Assembly (NCBI GenBank): GCA_036391995.1
Contig: DASVYU010000015.1
Coordinates: 350-64,349 of the forward strand
DNA from: Patescibacteria group bacterium
GTDB taxonomy: Bacteria > Patescibacteriota > Minisyncoccia > Moranbacterales > GWC2-37-73
DNA length: 64,000 nt
Reading direction: 5' to 3'
Made by a program: the position numbers and the translations under genes. Each line of letters begins with the position of its first letter. Position 1 is the first letter of the stretch. The notes under the pieces were generated by a model. It ran no database searches, was not told the origin of the DNA, and saw nothing but the letters and a program-made list of their open reading frames with translations. This document shows positions 1-10,200 of this stretch, piece after piece.

Positions 1-1323
1 GGCAGCACCAGGAGAAAGCACCACTACATCCCCTTTCTCTGCCAAGGAGCGCGCCAACTTGACTGCAGCTTCCATTGAATCCACGATATCAAAATCCAAA
101 ACTTGGTTCTCAGGGTCCTTTTGCAACTCCAAGATTAATTTATCAGTCGCAGTGCCTTTGAGCAACACAAACCTTTTTGTTTTTTCAATCATAGCCCTCC
201 CGAGATCAGCAAAGTCCAAATTTTTGTCAGTGCCGCCCGCAATGAGCACGATCGGCTGCTCAAAAGAATCTAGGGCAGACATCGCTGCATCAGGAATCGT
301 GGCTGCAGTGTCGTTATAATATTTCACCTCCTCGAAATCCCGCACAAATTCCAGACGATGAGGCACCCCATTGAGCTGCTTAAGAGCTTTTTTTATAGCA
401 GCAGGACTTACGCCATAAGCAAAAGATGCTCCGACTGCTGCCATCACATTGGAAAGATTGTGATGCCCAGGAATCGGAATGTCTTTTGTAGCCAAAAGCT
501 TAAGCACGTCGATACCATCATTCAGATACATATATCCATCTTCTATGAAAACACTGCGGCTTCTTTTGAGCGGTTCATAGGAAAATTTAATCGTCTGAGA
601 TGGAGCTTCTTTGGCGATTTCGCGCACTGTCTGGTCATCGTAATTGAAAATAAGCCAATCTTTGGATTTCTGGTTGGTGAAAATATACTTCTTGTCAGCC
701 AAATATTTTTCCATAGTGCCGTAATAGTTCAAATGATCACGCATGATGTTCTTGAAAACGGCAATATGTGGACTAAGTTTGGCGCGTCCCAGAGCTGAAA
801 GTCTCCAACTGGAAAGCTCGAATACAACCACGCTGTCTTTTTTGAGCTCCAGCAATTTATCCAAAACAGATGTTTGTCCAATGCCTACTTTTGTGGGATT
901 TTTTCCGGCAGATTTCAAAATCTCATAGATAAGCGTCGCGGAAGTCGTCTTGCCCTTAGTGCCAGTCACTCCTATGATCGGATTTTTGCAAAGCTTGAAA
1001 AACAGACTGGAATCCATCTCGACCGGAATCTTGTTTTCCAACGCCAGCTTTACATGTTTGTCAGTCCAAGGAATAGCCGGGTTCTTGATTACCATGTCGG
1101 CATTCGTAAAGTCTTCTCTTCTATGTTGACCTAGGACATATTGGATGTTTTTGAGTCCTTTCAATTTATCCAATGAAGCTGCCAATTTTTCCTTAGGATT
1201 AAGGTCTGTGACAACAATCTTGGCGCCATGCTCGGAAAGGAATTTGACCACACCAACGCCGCCGCCATGCAAGCCGAGTCCAAAGACGGTTATTTTCCTG
1301 TTCTTAAAAAAAGATAGATCCAT
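1..1323 (-). CDS. murD: UDP-N-acetylmuramoyl-L-alanine--D-glutamate ligase (C-terminus truncated by window edge)
   Basis: Reverse-strand translation from the ATG at 1321-1323 starts MDLSFFKNRKITVFGLGLHGGGVGVVKFLSEHGAKIVVTDLN and continues through GVTGTKGKTTSATLIYEIL and HRLEFV. The Rossmann N-terminus plus the Mur ligase P-loop is typical of MurD. The ORF track shows only spurious plus-strand ORFs here. Confidence 0.8.
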   Translation of the reverse strand, partial: MDLSFFKNRKITVFGLGLHGGGVGVVKFLSEHGAKIVVTDLNPKEKLAASLDKLKGLKNIQYVLGQHRREDFTNADMVIKNPAIPWTDKHVKLALENKIPVEMDSSLFFKLCKNPIIGVTGTKGKTTSATLIYEILKSAGKNPTKVGIGQTSVLDKLLELKKDSVVVFELSSWRLSALGRAKLSPHIAVFKNIMRDHLNYYGTMEKYLADKKYIFTNQKSKDWLIFNYDDQTVREIAKEAPSQTIKFSYEPLKRSRSVFIEDGYMYLNDGIDVLKLLATKDIPIPGHHNLSNVMAAVGASFAYGVSPAAIKKALKQLNGVPHRLEFVRDFEEVKYYNDTAATIPDAAMSALDSFEQPIVLIAGGTDKNLDFADLGRAMIEKTKRFVLLKGTATDKLILELQKDPENQVLDFDIVDSMEAAVKLARSLAEKGDVVVLSPGAA

Positions 1324-1449
1324 AAGTCTTTTCATTATTATTCCCTCTCTCTTTCAGGGAGAGGGCTGGGGTGAGGATAAAAAGTTTTACCTCACCTGTC
1401 CTTCGGACATCCTCTCCTTGCAAAGGAGAGGACAAGATTGTGTAAAACT

Positions 1450-3045
1450 TTAAAATTCAAAAAGTGATGATTTTCTGCGTATTATTTCGCCGCTGCGTTG
1501 TCCATTGTAACTGCCATTTTCAACTGCGACTTTGCCATTAACAATCACCCATTCCATTCCTGTGGCATACTGATAGGGATTATCGAAAGTGGCATTATCT
1601 TGTATTGTTTGAGGATCAAAGACCACGACATCAGCATAATTCCCTTTAGCGATCGTGCCTCTTTTCATTATCTTGAATTTCTCCGCAGGAAATCCGCTCA
1701 TTTTATGGATTGCCTCCTCCCAACCAACAACACCTCTTTCGCGCGTGTATATGGACAATGCTCTTGGAAACGATCCGAAATTGCGAGGATGCACCAGCTC
1801 TCCGCTTTGCATATGTTCCGTGTTATAACCACTGCCATTGGAGGAAATGATCGAGAACGGATTGATCACGCCTTTGTCGACATTCTTTTCACTAAGCACC
1901 TCCATTGTCGTGACAACATGTCCCTCACTTGCCAAAAGCACATCAATCACCGCGTCTTCCACGCTCTTGCCTTGAGCCTTGGCAATATCCGCGATATTCT
2001 TGCGGTTCAATGTCTTGTTCAGTTTTGATGAAATCGAGATTGTGATCTTGGAATAATCCATTTCACCATCGCGCATTTCCTTAATGACCCGCTTGCGCGT
2101 TTCCTCATCTTTGAGTCTTGCAAGCATCATTGTGCGCCCACCTTCACTAACCCAATCCGGAAGTAAAATATAAAGAACGCTTCCAGTCGCAGTGTAAGGA
2201 TAGACATCGAAGTGCACATCGATCCCGCTTGTACGCGCAGTCTCAATAAGATTCAGAGCTTCTTCCATCAAAGGCCAGTTCTTTTTGCCCATGGCTTTTA
2301 GATGTGAGACCTGCAAGCGCACTCCTGTTTCTTGGGCGATGCGAATGGCTTCTTCCAGAGCCCTAATGAGATCATGGGACTCGCCGCGGATATGCGTGGT
2401 GTAAACACCGTCATATTTCTTGACTATCTCAGCCAGCTCTGCAATTTCGCGTGATGAAGCCAGCTTCGCATGAGTGTACACCAATCCCGTGGAAAAGCCA
2501 AGGGCACCCTCCTTCATAGCATTTGTGAGCATTTTCTTCATGAGCAGCATTTCCTGCGGACTTATATCGCGCACTTCATCGCCAACCAAGCCCCTGCGCA
2601 GCGTTCCATGTCCCACCAACGTAGCGAAATTCACAGACAACGGCTTTTTTTCAAGTTCCGACAGAAATTCCTTAACACTCAGCCAATTGAAATTGACGTT
2701 TTTAATATCAGCCCATTTCTGAATAGTCCTTATGTTCTCATGAGAAACAAGCGGAGCAAGAGAAGAACCGCAATTGCCACCAATAATCGTAGTGACTCCC
2801 TGATACACAAGACTTTCCAGCTGCGGATCAAGAAATATCCTCCAATAGGTGTCTGAATGGTTGTTTACATCAATGAATCCTGGAGCGACATATTTTCCCC
2901 TGGCATCAATCTCTTGTCTGGCATGTTCATTGTGCAAATCTCCGACTGCCGTTATTTCTCCCTCTTGGATGCCAACATCGCCCCTATACATAGGCTCTCC
3001 GCTGCCATCTATGATCGTTCCGCCTTTGATTATGATATCGTACAT
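1450..3045 (-). CDS. amidohydrolase, N-acyl-D-amino-acid deacylase (D-aminoacylase) family
   Basis: 531 aa. N-terminus MYDIIIKGGTIIDGSGEPMYRGDVGIQEGEITAVGDL followed by GFIDVNNHSD matches the metal-dependent amidohydrolase/D-aminoacylase fold. Confidence 0.65.
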   Translation of the reverse strand: MYDIIIKGGTIIDGSGEPMYRGDVGIQEGEITAVGDLHNEHARQEIDARGKYVAPGFIDVNNHSDTYWRIFLDPQLESLVYQGVTTIIGGNCGSSLAPLVSHENIRTIQKWADIKNVNFNWLSVKEFLSELEKKPLSVNFATLVGHGTLRRGLVGDEVRDISPQEMLLMKKMLTNAMKEGALGFSTGLVYTHAKLASSREIAELAEIVKKYDGVYTTHIRGESHDLIRALEEAIRIAQETGVRLQVSHLKAMGKKNWPLMEEALNLIETARTSGIDVHFDVYPYTATGSVLYILLPDWVSEGGRTMMLARLKDEETRKRVIKEMRDGEMDYSKITISISSKLNKTLNRKNIADIAKAQGKSVEDAVIDVLLASEGHVVTTMEVLSEKNVDKGVINPFSIISSNGSGYNTEHMQSGELVHPRNFGSFPRALSIYTRERGVVGWEEAIHKMSGFPAEKFKIMKRGTIAKGNYADVVVFDPQTIQDNATFDNPYQYATGMEWVIVNGKVAVENGSYNGQRSGEIIRRKSSLFEF

Positions 3046-3354
3046 ACCCTGTAGTAGAAATTCAAATGGGCTTTGCCCAAAAAAAATTCTTTTTTATTTG
3101 TGTTAAAAAATTTTATCTTGCTTCTTAAAACATGCCTGCTCTTAAACTTTTTGAATTTTCACTACAGGGCATATTTTTGTTTTTAGAAGGTTTGTTTTAT
3201 GTTCTTATTTTACATTTTTAAAAGAAGGTTAGCAACAACAAGAGCGTGAAGCAGCAAAGAAACATATTATTGGATGTACGCATTTTTTCTGCTGAAAAAA
3301 TTCTCCAATATCGCGCCGTCGCGCTCAATAGCCATCCAATAACATATTTCTTTG

Positions 3355-3385
3355 CTGAGAAAAGAGACGCTTCGCATAGCGTCTC
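3355..3385 (-). terminator. intrinsic terminator downstream of rnc (hairpin gagacgct/agcgtctc followed by a U-rich tract on the minus strand)
   Basis: 8-bp perfect stem with a 6-nt loop at 3364-3385. On the minus strand it is followed by cuuuucuca. It lies 30 nt past the rnc stop. Confidence 0.4.
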
Positions 3386-3415
3386 TCATGAATACAAAAT
3401 AAAAAATCTAGTTTT

Positions 3416-4099
3416 CTATATCCAGCCTTTCTTTTCTAATCCAGCTCTGGCTGCTTCACGCTGTGCATCCTGTTTGGAATTTCCTTCCCCCTCAGCAATC
3501 AATTCATCGCCCAGATACACGCCCATAATAAAATGCTTGTCATGATCAGGACCCCATTCCTTAAGTACACGATAGGACGGTGTTTGTTTGCTCATCTCCT
3601 GAGCCTTTTCTTGGAAATAACTCTTAGGATCAAGATAAAGCTTCTTGTCCAGGATCTCTTGCAGTCTTGTGGCTACATTTTCCAAAACGAATTTTTTAGC
3701 CACTTCATAGCCTTGATCCAAATAAGTCGCTCCTATGATGGCTTCCATGGCATTTGCCAGTAGATATTGCCTAGCGCGGCCGGTGTCTTTTGCTTCACCG
3801 CGGCTCATGAGTAGATATTTTTCTACTCCCAGATCCTGCGCGACTTTAGCCAACATTTCTCCATTCACCAATGCGCTGCGCCAACTTGTAAGTTCACCTT
3901 CCGGATTCTTATAATTATTGTAAAGATGTTCCGTAATGATGAGTTCCAAAACAGCATCTCCCAGAAACTCCAAGCGCTCATTGTGCTCGAGCTTGTAGTC
4001 GCGATTCTCATTCAAATAGCTGCGATGTGTCACGGCTTGCTGCAGCAATTCGATGTTGCTGAATTCTACGCCAATCTTCTTGGCCAATGAATTTATCAT
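3416..4099 (-). CDS. rnc: ribonuclease III
   Basis: 227 aa. RNase III signature ERLEFLGDAVLELIITEHLY plus a C-terminal dsRBD. Confidence 0.9.
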   Translation of the reverse strand: MINSLAKKIGVEFSNIELLQQAVTHRSYLNENRDYKLEHNERLEFLGDAVLELIITEHLYNNYKNPEGELTSWRSALVNGEMLAKVAQDLGVEKYLLMSRGEAKDTGRARQYLLANAMEAIIGATYLDQGYEVAKKFVLENVATRLQEILDKKLYLDPKSYFQEKAQEMSKQTPSYRVLKEWGPDHDKHFIMGVYLGDELIAEGEGNSKQDAQREAARAGLEKKGWI

Positions 4100-4181
4100 A
4101 CTTAAAGATAAAACTCGAAATTCGAAGCACGAAATGCTTTTAACATTTCGAAATCAGGATTTCGGATTTTATGGAAATAAA

Positions 4182-4697
4182 TTAATTACCAACTTCAGTT
4201 TCTTCAACAACCTCTTCTTTAACCGCAATCTCTTCCTCTTTTTTCTTATGGTTTTTGGAGGTGTCATCTTTCATAGGTTCGCCCATTTCGCGATATATTG
4301 TTCCTAACACGCCATTTACAAAACGTGCACTGCTTTCCCCACCGAATGTCTTGGCAAGCTCGATTGCTTCGTTGATGGCCACTTTTGGAGGCACCTCTTC
4401 GTAATTGCCATACATGAGCTCATAGATGCCCAGACGCAAAATGTTGCGATCGATGACAGTCACCTGCTCCAATGGCCATTCCGGCGCACACTTTTCAATC
4501 AAAGCATCGATGGCGGGCCTATTGGACAGCGTGCCATTAACCAAAGCAGCCACGAATTCATGCTCACCCAAACCTGGTGCAAACTCCTCCACATTGTGAT
4601 CAATGATTTCAGCAACCATTTCATCATGCTTGCCTTGAAAATCCCATTCGAAAAGGGATTGCATTGCGATCGATCTTTGGAGGTGCCTATTAGCCAT
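4182..4697 (-). CDS. nusB: transcription antitermination factor NusB (with K/E-rich C-terminal tail)
   Basis: 171 aa. [20 protein letters not shown] ... [26 protein letters not shown] is the NusB fold. Confidence 0.8.
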   Translation of the reverse strand: MANRHLQRSIAMQSLFEWDFQGKHDEMVAEIIDHNVEEFAPGLGEHEFVAALVNGTLSNRPAIDALIEKCAPEWPLEQVTVIDRNILRLGIYELMYGNYEEVPPKVAINEAIELAKTFGGESSARFVNGVLGTIYREMGEPMKDDTSKNHKKKEEEIAVKEEVVEETEVGN

Positions 4698-4721
4698 TTT
4701 TGTTTTTGTATATAAAGAAGA

Positions 4722-4919
4722 TTATTTCTTTTTTGCGACTTTCTTCAAAGTATTCACGACTTCCTTGCCTTTGTAGAATCCGCAGTTCTTGCAAGCCTTA
4801 TGAGGAAGCATAGCGCTGCCGCATTTTGGGCAAGTTATGGTCTTGACTGGTTCGATCGCAAAGCGTTCGCGCTTTCTGTCGCGACGAAGCTTGGTGTGGC
4901 GTTGTTTTTGTACTGACAT
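4722..4919 (-). CDS. rpmF: 50S ribosomal protein L32
   Basis: 65 aa. MSVQKQRHTKLRRDRKRERFAIEP plus the CPKCG...CKNCG zinc ribbon. Confidence 0.85.
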   Translation of the reverse strand: MSVQKQRHTKLRRDRKRERFAIEPVKTITCPKCGSAMLPHKACKNCGFYKGKEVVNTLKKVAKKK

Positions 4920-5063
4920 GTGTTTGAGTTATAAAGTCAAAAGTCAAAAGTAAAATCTCCTGCATTAACGGGTTTTTCCTTGTCCTTTGCTTCACTAAAT
5001 ATTATTACAAAATATCGAATACAGCGTAACATGAAATCTTAATTTTGGCAATAGTTAGCCATT

Positions 5064-5789
5064 TTATAGCCGTCCGCCATAACTTGCGGCTTCATTGAGG
5101 CATTTTCTGACAGGACCAAAGGATTTCCTATGTATTTCGCATGGGCCAAGCTTCGCCAGGGCATCCATATGCTCCTTGGTGCCATAACCCATATGCTTTT
5201 CCATGCCGTAGCCCGGGTATTTCTTCCCGAATTCCCTCATCATCCTGTCTCGAGTAACTTTAGCCACAATGGAAGCTGCTGCAATGGATTTTGAAAGCCT
5301 GTCTCCCCCGATAACTGCCTGTTGCTCAAAAGAAAAATTGGGAACCTCCTTGTTGCCGTCCACCAAAACAATTGTTTTTGGGGTATTTTGGGAATTTAGG
5401 GGTTTTAATTCTGACAACCTTAACAACTCTTGCACGGCTTTTTTCATGGAAAGAAAGCTGGCCTCCAGAATGTTGATGCGGTCGATTGTCTCATGATCGC
5501 ATAGCCCGATGCCCACATGGAAGTGTTCATGAATGAAATCAAACACTTTTTCCCTTTGCTTTTCACTGAGTTTCTTGGAATCTCTGACAAGATCCCACAT
5601 CTTACTAGCATCGGAGCTCAACTCCGAATCGGAGTTGAGCTCCGATAACAATGCTGAATTTTTAATGACCACTGCGGCCGCCACCACAGGACCGCAAAGC
5701 GGCCCGCGACCGACTTCGTCAGTCCCAATGATCAGATCGTAGCCGTTTTCAGCCAATATTTTTTCCAATTCAAATGTCGCAATTTCCAT
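5064..5789 (-). CDS. rnhB: ribonuclease HII, carrying an in-frame palindromic-element insertion
   Basis: 241 aa. DEVGRGPLCGPVVAAAVV RNase HII motif. Residues LSELNSDSELSSD are encoded by a perfect 35-bp palindrome at 5610-5646. Confidence 0.85.
   Translation of the reverse strand: MEIATFELEKILAENGYDLIIGTDEVGRGPLCGPVVAAAVVIKNSALLSELNSDSELSSDASKMWDLVRDSKKLSEKQREKVFDFIHEHFHVGIGLCDHETIDRINILEASFLSMKKAVQELLRLSELKPLNSQNTPKTIVLVDGNKEVPNFSFEQQAVIGGDRLSKSIAAASIVAKVTRDRMMREFGKKYPGYGMEKHMGYGTKEHMDALAKLGPCEIHRKSFGPVRKCLNEAASYGGRL
5610..5646. repeat. palindromic repeat element copy 1 (atcggagctcaactccga a tcggagttgagctccgat), in-frame inside rnhB
   Basis: Perfect 17-18 bp inverted arms. A second copy of the same family lies at 51630-51666. 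Confidence 0.85.
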
Positions 5790-5860
5790 ATGTGAGCATC
5801 ATAACGCACGAAACAAGAAACTGCCAAATTTATTGTAGACAATCTTAACAAAAGTTTTGC

Positions 5861-6769
5861 CTATTCTGCACAATCATCAATCATATTCTTTGGAAAATTA
5901 TATTGCGCAACTTGTTTACAATAAAGAACTCCGTTTCCCTGATAAGCAACTTTCCATTTTCCTTTAACCTTTGCTGCCAACAAAAAACCTGGCCCGAAAT
6001 TAACTCTCATATGAGAATCATCAGATGCCACAATATCAACATATTGATCATAGTCAGAACCTATCAGTTGATGAATGATTTCTTTTTGTTGCAAATTCGC
6101 AGTTTCACCTGTTTCATTAGTAAATTTGAAAGTGTTGATTAATTTATTGAATTTATCTAATAAAATTTTATCATTTGGATATTTATCAAAATCAACGTGA
6201 TACATCAAGTAAATATTAAAAATTTTATCATTTCTATCATTCTTAAAGGTAACAATTTTTGATTCTGTTTTTGAAATGCCAGAATGAGGCATGATACTTA
6301 TAATGACATTTTGATTATTTATTGTAGTTTCTGTTTCAGAAGCTGAACCTACTTCTATACCCAAATTCACATTCTTAACAAAATCTTTCAATGTTTTACC
6401 TTTTGGCAACACCCCAAGATAATCCATTCCGCCTTCACCACTCTCAAATGTAGCTTGTGACCCAAAATTTAAAACGTGACTACTAGAAGAAGGCAAATTA
6501 TTTAAAGCCACGCTCCATTCTTTCGGATAACTGAACTCAAATCCGTATTTATCATTCCTATATGTCTGCCAATTTGCAGTTTCATCAACTGCTTGATTTT
6601 TTACTTCCTGCTGGGGTTGGACTGGTGCCTGAGGTTTATTGTTAACTGCCACGTCTTGAGTTGGTGCTTGCGCACTTCTGCCTTGCAACCAGAAAATTGC
6701 TCCGATCACAATAGTCAAAAACAGAATGATTCCGATGGCGATTTCACTGGCGATTTTTTTGTTTTGCAT
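5861..6769 (-). CDS. hypothetical membrane-anchored extracytoplasmic protein
   Basis: 302 aa. N-terminal TM/signal anchor IAIGIILFLTIVIGAIFWL, then a Q/P-rich linker and a beta-rich domain. No recognisable family. Confidence 0.55.
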   Translation of the reverse strand: MQNKKIASEIAIGIILFLTIVIGAIFWLQGRSAQAPTQDVAVNNKPQAPVQPQQEVKNQAVDETANWQTYRNDKYGFEFSYPKEWSVALNNLPSSSSHVLNFGSQATFESGEGGMDYLGVLPKGKTLKDFVKNVNLGIEVGSASETETTINNQNVIISIMPHSGISKTESKIVTFKNDRNDKIFNIYLMYHVDFDKYPNDKILLDKFNKLINTFKFTNETGETANLQQKEIIHQLIGSDYDQYVDIVASDDSHMRVNFGPGFLLAAKVKGKWKVAYQGNGVLYCKQVAQYNFPKNMIDDCAE

Positions 6770-7259
6770 ATAGTTAGTTACGTATCAAATTACGTAATTA
6801 TTATACCATATTCATTGAGACGAAAGTAGAAAAAACCATTTTCCAGGCGACCGCTTGGTTTTTGGTCTTTTTGATGTTTTCGGAAACTTGTGATATACTT
6901 TTCTCATAAACATCTTGCAGAACCCAAAGGCATGCCCCTGGGCTATGAGGATAAGAAACATATGGCAACATCCACAGAATTATTTTATACATGCGCCCTA
7001 TTTTTAAAGTAGAGGCTTTTATTTTTGTTTTAAATCCAAAATCCCAATTTCTAATTTCCAATAAAATCCAAAAGCTCCAAATCAAAAAGTTTTGCCATTT
7101 GAATTTTGGGCTTTATTTGACATTAGGATTTTAGATTTAGGATTTTCAAAATATCCATTTAATTCTTTATGTTTATGAGCTCGTCCAAATATACCCATCT
7201 CCACCCCGTAAAATATTCTCGCTGCGCTCGAATTTCACGGGGCAGGCGTCCATAATCAT

Positions 7260-10200
7260 ATGTCAAAATATACTCATTTACACGTGCATAGCCATTACAG
7301 TCTTCTTGACGGTTTGGGCAAGATCGATGATTTGATGGACCGCGCCAAGGAACTAGGCATGGAATCGATCGCGCTTACTGACCACGGCGTGATGTATGGA
7401 GCTGTGGAACTTTTCATCAAGGCCAAAGAAAAAGGCATCAAGCCTATTTTGGGCTGCGAGATGTATGTTACCCCGAACGATCTTACCTCCAAGAATCCGA
7501 CTGCCGAAGACCGCAAGCGTTACCACTTAATTCTCCTCGTAAAAGACGATGAGGGTTACCACAACCTCATGAAGCTTGTTTCCATTGCCCATATAGACGG
7601 TTTCTACTACAAGCCCCGCATCGACAGAAAGGTTTTGCGCCAATATTCCAAAGGACTAGTGGGACTTTCTGCCTGCGTGGAAGGCGAAATTCCCGCCCAG
7701 ATCGTCATGGGAAATTATGACAAAGCCAGGGAATTGGCTTTGGAATATAAGGATATTTTCGATGAAGACAGCTTCTTTTTGGAAGTACAGAGTCATCCCA
7801 ATTTCCCCAACCAGAAGATCGCCAACGACGGCATTTTCAAATTAGCCCAGGAACTGAATCTGCCAGTGGTGGCCACCTGTGACGTACATTATGTGCGCAA
7901 GGAAGATGCCAGCGCACAAGACATTCTGCTTTGCGTGCAAACCAATCGCAAAGTAAATGAGAGTGACCGCATGAATCTTATGGATTTCGATCTCTCGCTG
8001 CGCTCCCCAGAAGAAGTCGCCGCTAGCTTTCCTGAACATCCGGAAGTGATTTCCAATACACAAAAAGTGGTTGACCTTTGTAACTTCCATCTCAAGCTCG
8101 GCGAGACGCAGCTGCCTCATTTCGATGTGCCCCAAGGTCACACAGCTCTCAGCTATCTCACCCAGATGTGCGAAAACGGACTCAGGAAAAGATATGGCGA
8201 AAACATCACGAGAGAACATCGGCAGCGCATGGAATATGAGCTAAGTGTCATAGAAAAAACCGGCTACGCCTCATACTTTTTGATCGTGCAAGATTTCGTA
8301 AACTGGGCCAAAGACAATGGCATCGTTGTGGGTCCAGGCCGCGGCAGCGCAGCTGGCAGTTTCGTTTCATATCTGGTTGGCATCACCAACATGGATCCTG
8401 TGAAATATAATTTGCTCTTCGAACGCTTCCTGAACCCCGAGCGCGTATCCATGCCCGATGTGGATATGGATTTTGCCGACGACAAGCGCGATCTAGTTCT
8501 TGAATATGTGCGCAAAAGATATGGGGAAGACCATGTCTCACAGATTATAACTTTCGGAACTATGGCAGCTCGTGCTGCCATCCGCGATACCGGACGTGCC
8601 CTAGGCTTCCCTTATGATTTCTGTGACAAGACTTCCAAGATGATCCCAATGTTCACTTCCATCAAGAAAGCTTTGGAAGAAGTGCCTGAATTCAAGGAGC
8701 ATTACAATTCCAGTTCTGACGCCAAGAAACTCATCGATAATGCTATGCGACTTGAAGGAGTCGTTCGCCACGCAGGCATGCATGCCTGCGGCGTCGTGAT
8801 CACCAAGAATCCCGTGACTGACTATTCCCCAATCCAGAACATTGCCGGTTCGCGCGAAGGCACAGTAACCCAATACTCCTCTTCAACCAAATCTTCCTAC
8901 GTGGAGAAGATTGGTCTCCTTAAAATGGACTTTTTGGGACTCAAAAACCTAACTATCATCCAAAACACTCTGCGCATCGTGCGCAAGACTCACAATCAAG
9001 ACATAGATATAGACAATATCCCGCTGGATGATGCTGAAGCTTTCAAGCTCCTGCAGGAAGCACACACTACGGGAGTCTTCCAATTGGAAAGCTCCGGAAT
9101 GAAACGCTATCTCAAACAATTGAAGCCTACTGTACTCGAGGATGTAATCGCTATGGTAGCCCTTTACCGCCCAGGACCTATGGATTGGATTCCTGATTTC
9201 ATTTCAGGCAAACATGGAACTAAAAAAGTACACTACATCCATCCCAAGCTGGAACCCATTCTGGCCAACACCTATGGGGTAGCAGTTTATCAGGAACAGG
9301 TCATGCAGATTGCGCGAGACTTGGCTGGCTTTTCCATGGGTGAAGCTGATGTGCTCAGAAAAGCCATGGGGAAAAAGATTCTTGACCTCATCCAGGAGCA
9401 GAAAATCAAATTCGTAGATGGCTGCGTAAAAAACGGAATCGATAAAACTATCGGCGAAAAAGTATTTTCCTTTATTGAGCCTTTTGCTGGTTACGGCTTC
9501 AATCGCTCCCATGCGGCTTGCTATGGACTCATTGGTTACCAGACAGCGTATCTTAAAGCTCATTTCCCCGCTGCTTTCATGGCTGCCCTTATGACTTCTG
9601 ACCAGGGGGATACTGACCGTATTGCTATTGAGGCTAGCGAATGCCGCGACATGGGCATTGAAGTGCTTGCTCCGGACATCAATGAAAGCTTCGAGGAATT
9701 CGCTGTGATACAGGATACTGATAATGTGGAACGCATCCGCTTCGGATTTAATGCTATCAAGAACGTAGGTCACGTGGTTGCTCACGAAATCGTGGCCGAA
9801 AGAAAAAAGGGCGGCAAATTCAAATCTCTCGGAGACCTTTTGGAAAGAGTGCAAACAAAGGATCTCAATAAGAAATCCATCGAAGCTCTTGCGAAAGTCG
9901 GCGCATTGGACAATATGGGCGAACGCAATCAGATCATTGAAAGCATGGAAAGCATCCTTTCGTACATAAAAAATATCCAGAAACTGAAAAATTCAAACCA
10001 AGCCAGTCTGTTTGGTGAAACAGCACTGGAAACTCCTCCTGTACCGCTCATCGAGACAGAACCCGCTTCAAAGAGCCAACGCCTCAAATGGGAAAAAGAA
10101 CTTCTAGGGCTTTATGTCAGCGACCATCCAGTAGCTGAATATCAGGCATATATAGACACTGTAGCCACACCGCTGGATAGACTGAACAAAGAGATGGTCG

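Noticed and set aside
358-1134. Several plus-strand ORFs at the window start
   Set aside because: They are antisense to the well-supported murD reading frame.
3246-3545. Plus-strand 99-aa ORF
   Set aside because: It overlaps rnc antisense and spans the inverted-repeat region, so it is spurious.
6801-7085. 94-aa minus-strand ORF in the dnaE upstream spacer
   Set aside because: It lies in an AT-rich low-complexity region with AAATCCAAAA-type repeats, has no RBS, and is probably non-coding.
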